A DNA stretch of 64,000 nt from Eledone cirrhosa (GCA_964016885.1 OZ024742.1:242544001-242608000); one strand, 5' to 3'; positions 1 through 12,029 are shown, numbered from the stretch's first letter. Notes: a model not told the origin generated them from the letters alone. A program made the numbers and translations.

Positions 1-13
1 AATAATAATAATA

Positions 14-292
14 CCAGGACCTAAAGTGGGAGGTGAAAAGGATTTGGAACTGCCATGAAGTCAAAGTGATCCCGATTGTCATAGGCGCACTGGGGACTAT
101 CTCCAAAAGTTTCCAGGGATGGTTAAAGAAAATCGGCCCCTTCACGCTTTTTGGAACGCTTCAAAAGGCATGCTTGCTTGGAACAGCAAGAACCCTCCGA
201 TACGTCCTGAATATCTGAGGCTGCAGGTAGTGGCTTGATATTCAATCCAACGGACTTTCCAGTTAACCAACATCAATGACTGAGATTCAAGG
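14..292 (+). mobile_element. 5'-truncated R4/Dong-clade non-LTR retrotransposon (end of restriction-like endonuclease domain plus 3' UTR) inside (TAA)n
   Basis: ORF 33-218 (VKVIPIVIGALGTISK...LQKACLLGTARTLRYVLNI) matches the typical R4/Dong C-terminus; (AAT)n lies on both sides. Confidence 0.8.
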
Positions 293-301
293 AATAACAA
301 C

Positions 302-394
<93 letters not shown>

Positions 395-428
395 AAGAAG
401 AAGAAGAAGAAGAAGAAGAAGAAGAAGA
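293..428. repeat. Compound (AAT)n-(GAA)n microsatellite
   Basis: Read directly from sequence. Confidence 0.97.
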
Positions 429-1369
429 CGCACGAGGTGACGGAGGTCATGAAATCGCTCCCGTAAGTTTTGAATTTTTAACATATTTAAATCATTTGTG
501 AAATAACAACTCTTAGTACAAATGCTACGTAAAGCACCCGGCTTGAGCCCCAAAAAATTCGGACCCAAAATATATTGTTATAAGGCTCAAATATTCAAAT
601 ATTCAATTTGTATTGTACACTGTATATCCAAAAAAGAAAATGGCTATAAATGGAAGAAGAACCCCCCCCCCCTCCTCTCCTCTGTCTACACTATATAGAA
701 CAGCCAAACTCACCAACACTAGAAACTAGATACACCACCCACCCCATCACCTGTGTACACTAAACACAACAGCCAGATAACGGCATTTTCACCACCACCG
801 CTCACTACGGCCATCATTACCACCATTATCCCATCACCGCCGCCACCACCCCTTCACTCCTTCACTGCTACCACCGCTACAGCACCATCACTACAGTAAT
901 ACGGTCACATCACCGCCACCATTGCCTCGGTATCGACATCACCACCACCACTGTCTCAGTATCGCTACCGCCGCCAGTCCTCCACTTCTCCCAGCTGGCT
1001 GCGATGGCTGCTTCCACCACATTATAGAATCCCTACTGCTAAAAAAGAGGAAGGCATCAAAATATATAGATAGACTCAAAAGAAAAAAGAAAAAACAAAC
1101 AACAAAACCAAAGCAGCACAGCAACAACAGCAAAAAACGAGAAAATCAAACAGAGAAAAACAAAAACAAAAAAAAAAACCCAAAAACGTAAAGAAAATAA
1201 GAATGAAGAGAGAAGCAGGCGGACGGACAGAGAAGAGGGGGGAAAAACTAAAACTTAAAAAACAAAAACTAAGTCAGGCATTCGAACACTACATTACAAT
1301 GAAACTTATGCTTATTCATTTTTGGGGCCCTTTCTGCCTGTGTGTTTGTTTGTTTATGTGTGTTCGTAT

Positions 1370-2321
1370 ACAGCGTGGTGATAATGCCACACAAGGGCCA
1401 AGTTGAATGGCGGATCCACAGATGGCTATGTAACCATACATTCGCCAATCCTCGATAAGAGTGTTTAAATATCGAACATAAACAGTTCGAATAACGGTGA
1501 AATGGAGACTAGAACGTCATGTGACAGACTCTCACCCAACAGGTGCCCCCTGGCTCAGCAGCAGGAACCTGACTGTCAACCAAATACTGCTGATGTTGGA
1601 GGAAGGAGAAGAAGGAAAGGGGCCAGAACCAACTGGACGAAAGAATTGAATAGAACTGTTATGCAATGTTACCTGAAAAGGAGAGGGGCTACAGGAGACG
1701 GATGCATAACATCTGGAACGAGATTGGTTTATTTAAATTAGATGAACAAAAATTGGCCGGGCAGGCTCAGGTAATAAGAACTAATGGGTGGATAAGCGAG
1801 CTGGAACTGGAGGAACTGAGCAGAGAGAATGGCTTGGAGATGGCGGGTGTAGTATGCCAGACAAGCGAGCCAGTGGGAAATGAAGGTGAAGAGGTCCTGA
1901 GAACGGAGGAACCACCCGAAGCAGACAATGATCTGAATACTGAGATAAATAATACCTGGAACAGAGATACGGCCACTGAGGAGATGAATGCTGACGGGCT
2001 AGGACAAGATTCGGTTGACATCCTAAATTTAGTGGTAGATGAATTGAACAATGATAGTGGGAGACCTATGAACCTAAGATTTGTAGACAGAAAGTGATCC
2101 CGATTGTCATAGGCGCACTGGGGACTATCTCCAAAAGTTTCCAGAGATGGTTAAAGAAAATCGGCCCCTTCACGCTTTTTGGAACGCTTCAAAAGGCATG
2201 CTTGCTTGGAACAGCAAGAACCCTCCGATACGTCCTGAATATCTGAGGCTGCAGGTAGTGGCTTGATATTCAATCCAACGGACTTTCCAGTTAACCAACA
2301 TCAATGACTGAGATTCAAGGA
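1370..2321 (+). mobile_element. Internally deleted R4/Dong-clade element (5' boundary approximate)
   Basis: N-terminal peptide WTKELNRTVMQCY...GYRRRMHNIW...EQKLAGQAQVIRTNGWISELELEEL (1502-2090, one frameshift) is joined at about 2091 to a 3' end nearly identical to 63-292; followed by (AAT)n. Confidence 0.75.
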
Positions 2322-2595
2322 ATAACAACAATAATAATAATAATAATAATGTTTTCTTTATTAACCACAAGGGTTTACATAAAGTAGACATTACGGACAG
2401 TACAGGACAATACAGGACGGTACAAATGGGCATTTCTGCGTGTAAAAAAAAACGGAGGTTGAAATAAAATAACAAAGAAAAAATTCCCCAATAGGGGGAG
2501 ACTTCCGAGGGACATTTGTGGAGAAAGCCCATTAAAAGACCACAGTGGCCCTGACCACCAGGGCAAGTGCCCTCTCCCAGTTTTCCACCTTTAAT

Positions 2596-5500
2596 TTACA
2601 GACACATACTCAGAGAAGGCCCATTCATTCGGGCCATACTTGCTTCTCTCACCCATCTTTCAACAAAATGCTGGGAAGAGAGCACTTCCCTCTCTACCCT
2701 GATTTTCCTTTTCAAATGAAATTTGAAAAAGTTAATCAGGGCATCACCGAATAGGTAAGTGCTCGTCTTCAGCCCTTTCAAACGTGTCCACCATACTATC
2801 TCTTTCGCCATGGCCACCAGACAGATAAAAACTGCCTGCCCTTCCCGGCTAAAGGAAGGGGGCGGGGCAATCCTCACGATGGACTCAGCTGATAGCTGGA
2901 TCCGTCCTACACGTGACAGCAGGTGTTCGACATAAACCCACAAGTCAGCAATGCTCGGACACTGGACGAGTGCGTGCAGGACGGTTTCGTCGCCCTGCGC
3001 GCATCTCGGACATGCCCGGCTGACGGCACCTCCATGCCTGTAGAGTTTATCCCGAACTGGCAAAGCTCCTCGGTAGCACTGCCAGGCCAGGGATTTCTGG
3101 AAGTTGTCCATAGGCCCCGGCCCGAAAGTCCTTCCGAAGAGATTGGCTAGTTGATTTTCGTCGACGCCTAGAGTTTCTCCAAGTACGTCGTCGCTCTTCC
3201 CCTCCACTAATCCCCTATAGAACGCCAAGGTGGAGTTTCCACCGATCACATTGCCCGATTGGTCGAGGGCTGTGAGCGCCTGAAGACATTCCAGTCTCCA
3301 AGCGCTCCCTCTCGGTCTTCGCTTGACCCAGGACTGCAGCTCCGTCAAGGAGACGAGCTGGGGAAAAACGCGTCTAGTAAACGGCGACCACACCTGATCA
3401 CCGTCGAGGAAGAGGTGGAGATGTCGTAGCCTGAGCGCGTGTCTACGCATCATCAGCCACGGCATGCCCAGCCCTCCACGTAGCGGTTGTTGACAGCAGA
3501 TGGACCGCCTGACCATCGGAGCGCGTCCCTTCCACAAGAAGCGAAAGAGCAAACGCTCCAGCGCAGTCAGGCGGGGCTTAGGACAAGGTACGACGGTCAG
3601 GCGGTAGTAGATGACGGATGCGATGTACGCATTCGCCACCTCCGCTCGACCTTTCAGGGATAGCTTCCTCTCGGCCCATTTCTGGGTGAGAGAAGCCACC
3701 CTGCTCGTCACCTCGTCCCAGTTTTTGTCCGTCTGGAGGTCTGGACCGAACCAGACCCCTAGCAATTTAACCGGTCCGTCCGTCCAGCGCCCGACGACGC
3801 TGTTGGACGGCATGGACCTGCCTCTCCAGGTGCCGAGCTGCAGGCCCACTGACTTTTCCTGGTTGATCATTGCTCCTGTCACCGCTTCGTATTCTCTTAG
3901 TGTAGTGCCGATCGCCTCGATGTGTTTGGCGTTCGACACCACTACGGTGACATCGTCGGCATATGCTGACACGGATCTTCCCCATCCTAGTTCGCGCGGG
4001 ACCCTCCTCAACGTCTCCAGTTTGTGCAGTAATGGCTCGAGAGTCAATACGTACAATAGGGACGAGAGGGGACATCCTTGGCGGACCGAGCGCATGATGT
4101 TGAACGGTTCCGAAAGGTGACCGTTCACTCTCACTACAGAGCAGATGTCGCTGTGCATGGCAGCGATCCAGCCTCTGAAGACGGGCCCAAAGCCAGCCGC
4201 CCTCAGGACTACCGCTAGGTAACGATGGTCGACCCTATCGAAGGCTTTCGACTGATCTAAATTGATCAAAGACCCACCCGTGCCAGGTTCCCTAGCTACC
4301 CTCTCTACGATGTATCGCATGAGGTGGAGGTTGTCGTGGATGGATCTGTCGGGAATGGCGCATGTCTGTGCCTCTCCCACCAGACCACCAACGACAAGCG
4401 CCAACCTCTTTGCTAGCACCTTGGCCAAAATCTTGAACTCTGTGTTTAGCAGAGTTATGGGCCTAAAATTATCTATGTTATCCCCCTTGTTCGGATCCTT
4501 TCTCAGCAGCGCCACCGCTCCTCGGCTCACAGAGCTGGGAATTCTCCCGTTCTGTTGCCAGTTGCAGTAGACGTCCGCCAAGAGGCCTCCGAACAAGTTT
4601 GGCATTTGTACGTAAAGTTCATAGGGCAGACCATCCAAACCAGGCGATTTACCCCTTGTGCAACTAGTCATTGCATCCCGTACTTCAGCGGTTGTTATCG
4701 GCTTTTCGCAACACTCCGCCTCAGTAGCCGAAAGCCGCGGCAGTCCGTCGAGGTAGACACTAAAGTCCATCCCTCGATCCGGCCCGCCACTGCCCCCGAA
4801 CAGTTGAGCGAAGTGTCGCTGAAAAGCTTCACACATTTGCCCGGGATCGAGTAGCATGCGCCCGTCGTGGTCCACCAAAGACCGGATCGTGGCTTTGTTG
4901 CCACGACGCGCCTCCGCCACTCGGGCCCATTGAACGGCTTTCGTCCCCTCGTGTCTGAGAGCACGCACCCTAGCTCTGACAACGCAGCCTTCGTGCTTTG
5001 CATTGAAGAATTGGTCAAGGGTCAATTTCGCCGCAAGTACGTCGGTCGCGATGCCTTTGCTAAGCGGCTCATCTAATTTTCTAACTAATTCTCCCTCTGC
5101 TCTATTTTCTCTATTGCTAAAGTCTTACTAAACCTAATGGACTCTATTCTAATTGCTCTTTTCAGAGCAAACCACCACTTGTTGTTGACGATGACCCCCG
5201 TCAACGCCCGCTTAACTAGTTCGCTAATCCGGTCTCTGTAGGCCTTGCGCGCTGGTAAGGACGCGTTTAGCTTCCAGTAGCCGGGTCCTCGTCTATGAAG
5301 CCTATCTAAGTCAAGCACAGAGATCACGAATTTGTGGTCCGTGTAGCTGACTATCTTGAATTGTGGACAGCCTATGCTAGACCTATCTATTTCCCTACAA
5401 AATACTCTATCTAGATATGATCTGGATGACCCTATGCGATTTGTCCAAGTCCACATTGGTACATTCGGGAAATCCATTCGGTACCTGTCAGACAGTTCAA

Positions 5501-6014
5501 AACGTCTGAGCAGGTTGGTGAGGTTCTTGCACCCTCCACCCCTATCCGCTAAACCCACACAGTCCCAGCGTGCATCTAAGATCCCGTTCCAGTCGCCCAC
5601 TAACACTAAAGAGTGGGACGTTCCAAGAAAGGTCTCCAGACGCCGGAAGAAATCAGGCCGCCCTGCTCCTGTCGGGGCATAGACGGCCACTAACCTGAAA
5701 GCTTGCCCGTCTCCGCTGGTCACGTCCAGCACCACCAACTTACCTTCTGGGTCCAGGAAGATGGCCTGTATGGCAAGATTCAAACCTCTCCGAAAAAGCA
5801 CAGCAACTCCTCCCCCCGATCCCGGACGGCTGGGGGATGCGTACACATCGTAGCCGCCGAAGATCGGTGCGAAAGCCTGTGCTTCGGAGATTCTGGTCTC
5901 GCTGATGGCCACTACATCTATGTTTAGTGACCTGAGGTCGTTGAGCAGGTGGCCCTGCTTCCATGACGACCCCAAGCTACGCGCATTTATGCTGCCTATT
6001 CTGAGTGAGGTCAT
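2596..6014 (-). pseudogene. Tx1 ORF2 (APE endonuclease + reverse transcriptase + zinc-binding motif), one frameshift near 5085-5030
   Basis: ISETR, LVGDWN, YLDRVF, YTDH (APE); KSPGLDG, FRPITLLN, DQSKAFDRVDH, QGCPLS, YADD (RT); CPRC..ETVLHALVQC. Confidence 0.93.
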
Positions 6015-6048
6015 GTTGAAAAGGAGTGGAAAAGATGGGCAAGACCAC

Positions 6049-7850
6049 TTACCTTACTTCTCGTAGGGGAAGGACGGTTTTTCCATCCTTTTCACTGCTT
6101 GTGGCCTCCTCAGGAAGGATGTCCTTATAAATCATCCTGGAGAGTGCTTGTCGGAAGTCTCCGATGTCTTTGGGGAATTTTTGTTTTAGTATCATGTACG
6201 TTTTCTGTGTGATGCGAGTGATTTGTATGTGTGGAGGTGGTGTCAATTTTGGGGTTGTTGTGTAGTCTTTTTCTGTGATGCTGGTGTTGTGTTGGATGTA
6301 GTGTAATAATTGTTTGTTGTTCAAATTTAATGCTGTGTAGTGTGTATCGTTTTGGTTGTTTTGTTTTGTTTGCGTTTGTTGTGGGTTTGTTTCTGTTTCG
6401 CATTTTGGTGACTTTTGTGGTGTAGGTGATGGTGGTGTTGGGGTTAATGATGGTGATGGTGTTGGTGTTTGGGTTGATGGGGTTGGTGATGCTGGTGTGG
6501 ATGGTGGCATATCTGTCCTAACTTTTTTGTTTCTTAATTTATTTGTTTCCCTCTGTATTTTGTTTTTGGAGGGAGAAGGAAGAGAATTTTTTCTTTTTTG
6601 GTTTCTTTTTTTTTCCCGGATATCGTTTCCCACTCCTCGTCGTCACAATCTGTCTCCAGTTGTGATATGCCGGGGAGTGGAAAATCCTCCACAGCCGTTA
6701 GTTTTGGTTGTGGCGTGGTGGATGGTGTAGGCGCTGGTGCTAGTTCTGAAGCGTTGGGTGGTGGTGGTGTTGGTTTTGCTGCTGGTGGTGGTGGTGTTGG
6801 TTTTGCTACTGTTGCTGGGGTTGTTGCTGTTATAGTTGCTTCTGTTGTTGCTTCTACAGTTGTTGCTGCCATCTCTGCTACTGGTGGTGTTGATGGTTGT
6901 GTCACTGGGGTGGGTAGGAGAGGTGGCCTCAACCTTTTAGCCTGAGGGCAGAAAGCCCTTAGGTGGGTTCCTTCACCACAAACCACACACCTAGGTCTTC
7001 TGCCCTCGACAATTACCGTGAGGTGGCTGCCGTCAGTGAGGTCTATTACCTCTGGGATCTCCTCAATGCTTTTTTGGTCCGCTTGGATCAGGAGCTCCAT
7101 CCCAGATCCGGACCAGTTTTCCTGCTTTTCTTTTGCTATTGCTATTATTTTCGTGTTGGCTTCGATGCCAGGGAATTTCGATGGCCGGTGGAACGTGGGT
7201 CACCCTGATCTTTACGAGTCTCTGGCCACAATAGCTTGGGACGAGTGTGAAGTCGTCACTTCTTAATGGGGCCATGGAGTGTTCTCTAGCCTCCTCTGGT
7301 GTTTCAAAGAACACCTCCACGGTTCCATACTTTTGCCCACGTCTGATGTGGGTTTTTCTTGCCCACACATGTCCCAAAGCTTTTTGGATTTGGGACTCGG
7401 ATGCCCGTTCCACTCGGCGCGATTTTACATTTATTGTTCTATACAACACGGTGCATAGGCGCCGATGCTCCATTTTATTAGGTGGGGGGGTGAGGCTGAC
7501 CCTGTACTCATCTTTCTTTACCATTTGTTTGGCATTTTCTAAATCCTCCTGAGTTACCGTAAATGCTTCGAACTGTTTTGCTACTCTGGCGAAACTGAGG
7601 GGGGGGGGTTTATAATGTCATTGTTGTTGTTGTTGCTATCGTTAATATTAATTTTAGTTTCAGTTGTGGTGGTGGTGACGTCAGTCGTCTTTGGTGGGGA
7701 AGAGTCCATTTTGTTTGATTTCATTTCGACATCACGAGTTAATTTATTTTTTTCTTCTTTTGTTTCTGTTGTCGCGGTGGTGGTGGTGGTGGAGGCTTTA
7801 ACACCTGCAGTCATTGGTAATGGCGGGAAATGAATGTCTGCCTGAGACAA
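6049..7850 (-). pseudogene. Tx1 ORF1 (RRM-like region, CCHC zinc knuckle, Pro/Thr-rich linker), interrupted
   Basis: Fragments 7581-7850, 7063-7524, 6534-7100 (CVVCGEGTHLRAFC) and 6049-6633 are collinear with ORF1 of copy A3. Confidence 0.85.
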
Positions 7851-8169
7851 ATTTAAAATATTGCTAGTGCTTATATTTTTTTTGTGTTGTCAAACGTAGT
7901 AACATTTACAATGGTGGTGTCGGTTTGAGGTGTTAATTTGTGAGGAAGGCTTTCAGCTGCTTCGTGCAGAGGTGAATTAGCCATTTTTTTCAAAGAAATT
8001 TTTTTGATAATAATAAAAGTTTAAATTTTGGGTGTCCTTTTCGGAAAACAATGTATGTGCGCTTATAAACAGCTAACAATAAAATTTTCCATAAATGACA
8101 ATTTTTAACAAACGGAAATAACAAACCTTTGCGGAGATCACGATGATACGATTTACTACGTAGGTCGCC

Positions 8170-8170
<1 letters not shown>

Positions 8171-8210
<40 letters not shown>
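8171..8210. repeat. (AAT)n microsatellite separating two head-to-tail Tx1 copies
   Basis: Read directly from sequence. Confidence 0.95.
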
Positions 8211-8212
<2 letters not shown>

Positions 8213-10228
8213 GTTTCTTTATTGGCCACAAGGGCTAACATGAAGAAAAACATTACAGACGGCACAGAAAGGTACATCGTGATACATCGTGGGTTTTGGC
8301 CGTGTAAAAAAGGTTATAACAAGAAGATAGAAATATCAAAAAAATCCAAACAACAAAAATTCCCCAATAGGGGGAAAACTTCCGAGGGTCACGCGTGGCG
8401 AAAACCACACAAAAGACCACGGCAACCCTGATCACCAGGGCAAGCGCCCTCTCTCAGTTTTCCACTCCTCAGTCTACAGGCGCATATTCAGAGCAGGCCC
8501 GTTCACTCGGACTAGACTCGCCATTTTCACCCACTTTCAACAAACTTATTAGAAGACAGCACTTGTCTCTCCAATCTGATTTTCCTCTTCAAGTGAAATT
8601 TGAAAAATTTTATCTGGGATTCGCCGAAGAGGAAAGTGTCTGTCTTCAATCCTTTCAACCTTGTCCACCATACAATCTCTTTCGCCATGGCCACCAGGCA
8701 GATGAAACTGACTGCCCTTCCTCCTCCTTAAAGGTGGACGGCGGGGCTATCTGCACAATGGACTCAGTCGATAATCGGATCCGTCCTACACGTGACTAGC
8801 TCCACAAGTCAGCAATGTTCGGACACTGAACGAGTGCGTGCACAACCGTTTCGTCGCTCTGTGCGCATCTCGGACAGGTTCGGCTGACGGCACTTCTGTG
8901 CCTGTAGATCTTATCTCGAACCAGCCACGCCTGCTCGGTAGCACTGCCAGGCCAGGGATTTCTGGAAGTTGTCCATAGGCCCCGAGCTGAAAGTTCTCTT
9001 GAAGAGATCGAACAGCTGATCGTCTTCGACACCCAGGGTCTCCCCGAAAACGTCGTCACTCATCCCCTCCACTAGTCCTCTATAGAACGCTGAGGTGGAT
9101 GTTCCACTGATACTAGTGCCCAGCTGGTAGAAGGCTGTGAGCGCTTGGAGACATTCCAGCTTCCAAGAGCTATCCCTCGGTCTTTTCCTGATCCAGGACT
9201 GCAGCTCCGTTAATGAGAAGAGCTGGGGAAAAACACGTCTGGCAAACGGTGACCACACATGTTCACCGTCAAGGAAGCACGAGAGATGTCGCATCCTCAG
9301 CGCGTGTTTGCGCAACATCAGCCACACATGCCCAGCCCGCCATGCAACGGGTGTTGACAGCAGATGGATCGGCTGACATGGGAGGACGTCCCTTCCATAA
9401 AAAGCGGAAAAGGAGGCGCTCCTTTTTTGTCAGAGTTGGGCCGGGGCAAGGCACAACGGTTAGGCGGTAGCAGATGACGGATGCATTTGCCACCTCTGCC
9501 CTACCTTTCAGGGACAGCTTCCTCTCGGCCCATTTCTGGGTGAGAGAGGCCACCCTGTTCGTCACCTCGCTCCGGTTTTTCTCCATATGGAGGTCCAGAC
9601 CGAACCAGACCTCGAGCAATTTAACCGGTCCTTCCGTCCAGCGCCCCACGACGCTGTCGGGCGGCATGGACTTGCCTTTTCAAGTGCCGAGCTGCAAGCC
9701 CACTGACTTTTCCTGGTTTAAACTTGCTCCTGTCAATACTTCATAATTCCTTGAGAGCGGTGCCGAGCATCTGAACATGTCAAGCGCTCGATACCACCAC
9801 GGTGACGTCGTCGGCGTAAGTCGAACGGATCTCCCACATCCCAGTTAGCGTGGGACGTCTCTCATCGCCTCCAATTTGTGCAGTAACGGCTCTAGGGCAA
9901 TACGTACAAGAGTGACGAGAGGGGACAACCCTGACAGACCGAGCGCATGATGCTGAACGGCTGTGACAGATGACCGTTCACCTTCACAACTGAGCAGATG
10001 TCGCTGTGCATCGCAGAGATCCAACCCCTGAAAATGGGCCCGTCTTCAGCCGCCTCGAGGAACGCCGCCAGGTCGACCCTATCAAATGCCTTAGATTGAT
10101 CTAAGTTGTTCAGTGCCCCACCCGTACCAGTTTCCTTAACCACCCTCTCTATGATGTATCGCATGAGGTGGAGGTTGTCATGGATGGATCTGGCTAGAAT
10201 GGCGCATGTCTGTGCCTCTCCTACCACT
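8211..10228 (-). mobile_element. 5'-truncated, decayed Tx1 LINE, copy A2
   Basis: RT fragments (VGEAQTCAI, DQSKAFDRVD, QGCPLSS, KLSLKGRAEVAN, NFQKSLAWQCYR), then AATAAA and (ATT)n. Confidence 0.9.
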
Positions 10229-10333
10229 GGATATATATACACACACAAACAAACACTCACACGTAACTGCACTCCCTGTTTTTGTTTGTTCTTTGCCAAT
10301 ATATATATATATCAACTAGAAATTGATTGACAT

Positions 10334-10718
10334 ATCTATATATATAAAACAGAGGATGTCTGTCTGTGTGTCTGTTTCCCTAAAACTCGAGAAGTACCCA
10401 ACCGTTTTTTTTCAAACTTTACACATGTAACTCGTATGGCCCCGGAAGTGTTTTGAGAAAAAAGAAATTTCAAATTATTCTGACCTAGGGATCGAATTAG
10501 TGAAGTGGCCAATGTCTGTACATAATGAGGGGCTGAGAGGGGAGAGAAAGCAACGGAGAGGCGAAGTGAAGAAGTGGCTCTCTATTCCTCCTCTTCCTCC
10601 TCCTCCTCCTTCTCCCCATTCGTCACAGCGTTTTTCAATAGAAGGGAGAAATGTGAACGAGTTACAGAGAGAAAGAGTGAGAGTGAAAGAAACAGACAGA
10701 CTAAAAGAGGGGGATAGC

Positions 10719-10766
<48 letters not shown>

Positions 10767-11688
10767 CAGACGCCGTCTTTTGAGAGTTGTATGCGTCAAA
10801 GATACATGACAGTGGAATAACTATTGCGTGTGTGTGTGTACGTGGGCGCGTGTGTGTGTGAGTTTGTGTGCGTTTGCATGCATGAGTGTGTATGTGTGCG
10901 TGAGTGATTATAAACTCTTTCACATGGTCTGATGGAATTAACCCTTTAGCATTTACATTACTCTATATATACTATATTATTTTCATGGTAAAGGCTTTAT
11001 CTCACATAATATAAAAATCTTATAGATTTAATATTATTTATTTTGAGAACAATACCTTAACCCTTTAGTATTAATGTGAGTGAGTTATAAAGAGAAAGAG
11101 TGAGAGTGAAAGAAACAAACAGACTAAAAGAGGGGTATAGCGAGAGAGAGAGAGAAAGACGCTGGAAGAGGGGAAGGAAAGCTATATGTCTTGCTGTCTG
11201 CATTACGATACACACACTGATCGCGTCATAATGACGTAATGCAGACAGCCAGACATACAGACAGATATTATAAGGGGGCAACGTTATATCTATGTATCTA
11301 TCTAAAAAGAAAGACTAAGAATTATAGAGAGAGATTGCTAAATCGCCTAATGCGGTCCCTAAGGCATTGAAAAATTTGAAATATTATTTGCTCAAAACAC
11401 TCACAGGACAGTATACCATGTGTAAGTATTACATGTGTAAAGTTTGAAAACAATCGGTTGGGTGGTTCTCAAGTGTTAATGAGCTGACAGACAGAGAGAC
11501 AGACTTTCTCTGTTTTAGATATATAGAGATATATATAATTATATATTCGTGTACAGCTATTTTTGCATATACAATAACAAAATATAAATAAACGTATTTA
11601 TTTCACGAGGCTCAATAAGGATAAATATATATCAAATATATAAGAACCCTAGAGCAAATCCCGAGTAACGCCGGGCCATTCTGCTAGT
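10334..11688 (+). mobile_element. Non-autonomous Helitron/DINE-like element
   Basis: 5' TCTATATATATAAA followed by (GTCT)n; inverted copy of the 5' segment at about 11440-11527; 3' hairpin CCCG..CGGG then CTAG before T. Confidence 0.6.
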
Positions 11689-11765
11689 ATATATCTAAAA
11701 TAAACATATGAAGCAATCACAGGGAATAATTTGTAAAGTGTGATTGCTTCATATGTTTGTTTTAG

Positions 11766-11780
<15 letters not shown>

Positions 11781-11862
<82 letters not shown>
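11781..11862. repeat. (TG)n microsatellite
   Basis: Read directly from sequence. Confidence 0.97.
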
Positions 11863-11864
<2 letters not shown>

Positions 11865-11976
11865 AATCAATTTCTAGTTGATATAAAATGCTCGGATCTA
11901 TTCATTGGAATCTTTGAGCATATTCTACAGTGGATATGGCGTATGCATTTCGGACATGACACCCTTAATTTAATTT

Positions 11977-12015
<39 letters not shown>

Positions 12016-12029
12016 TACTTTGATGCTAA

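Larger units (their letters stand above)
2351..8170 (-). mobile_element. Near full-length Tx1/L1-clade LINE, copy A1, with (ATT)n at both ends
   Basis: ORF1 with CCHC knuckle, ORF2 with APE endonuclease, RT and C-terminal Cys/His motif, 3' AATAAA. Confidence 0.93.

Noticed and set aside
142-568. Poly-F/L/I ORFs and the many [12 protein letters not shown] and SLSL ORFs across the window
   Set aside because: They are translations of microsatellites, not genes.
1370-1500. Possible HDV-like ribozyme in the R4/Dong 5' UTR (TCCTCG plus nearby hairpins)
   Set aside because: I could not build P1, P1.1 and P3 with correct geometry by eye; it needs a descriptor search.
2923-5076. Antisense and alternate-frame ORFs recurring within Tx1 ORF2 copies
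   Set aside because: They are shadows of a GC-rich coding strand; recurrence reflects copy similarity, and no motifs are recognisable.
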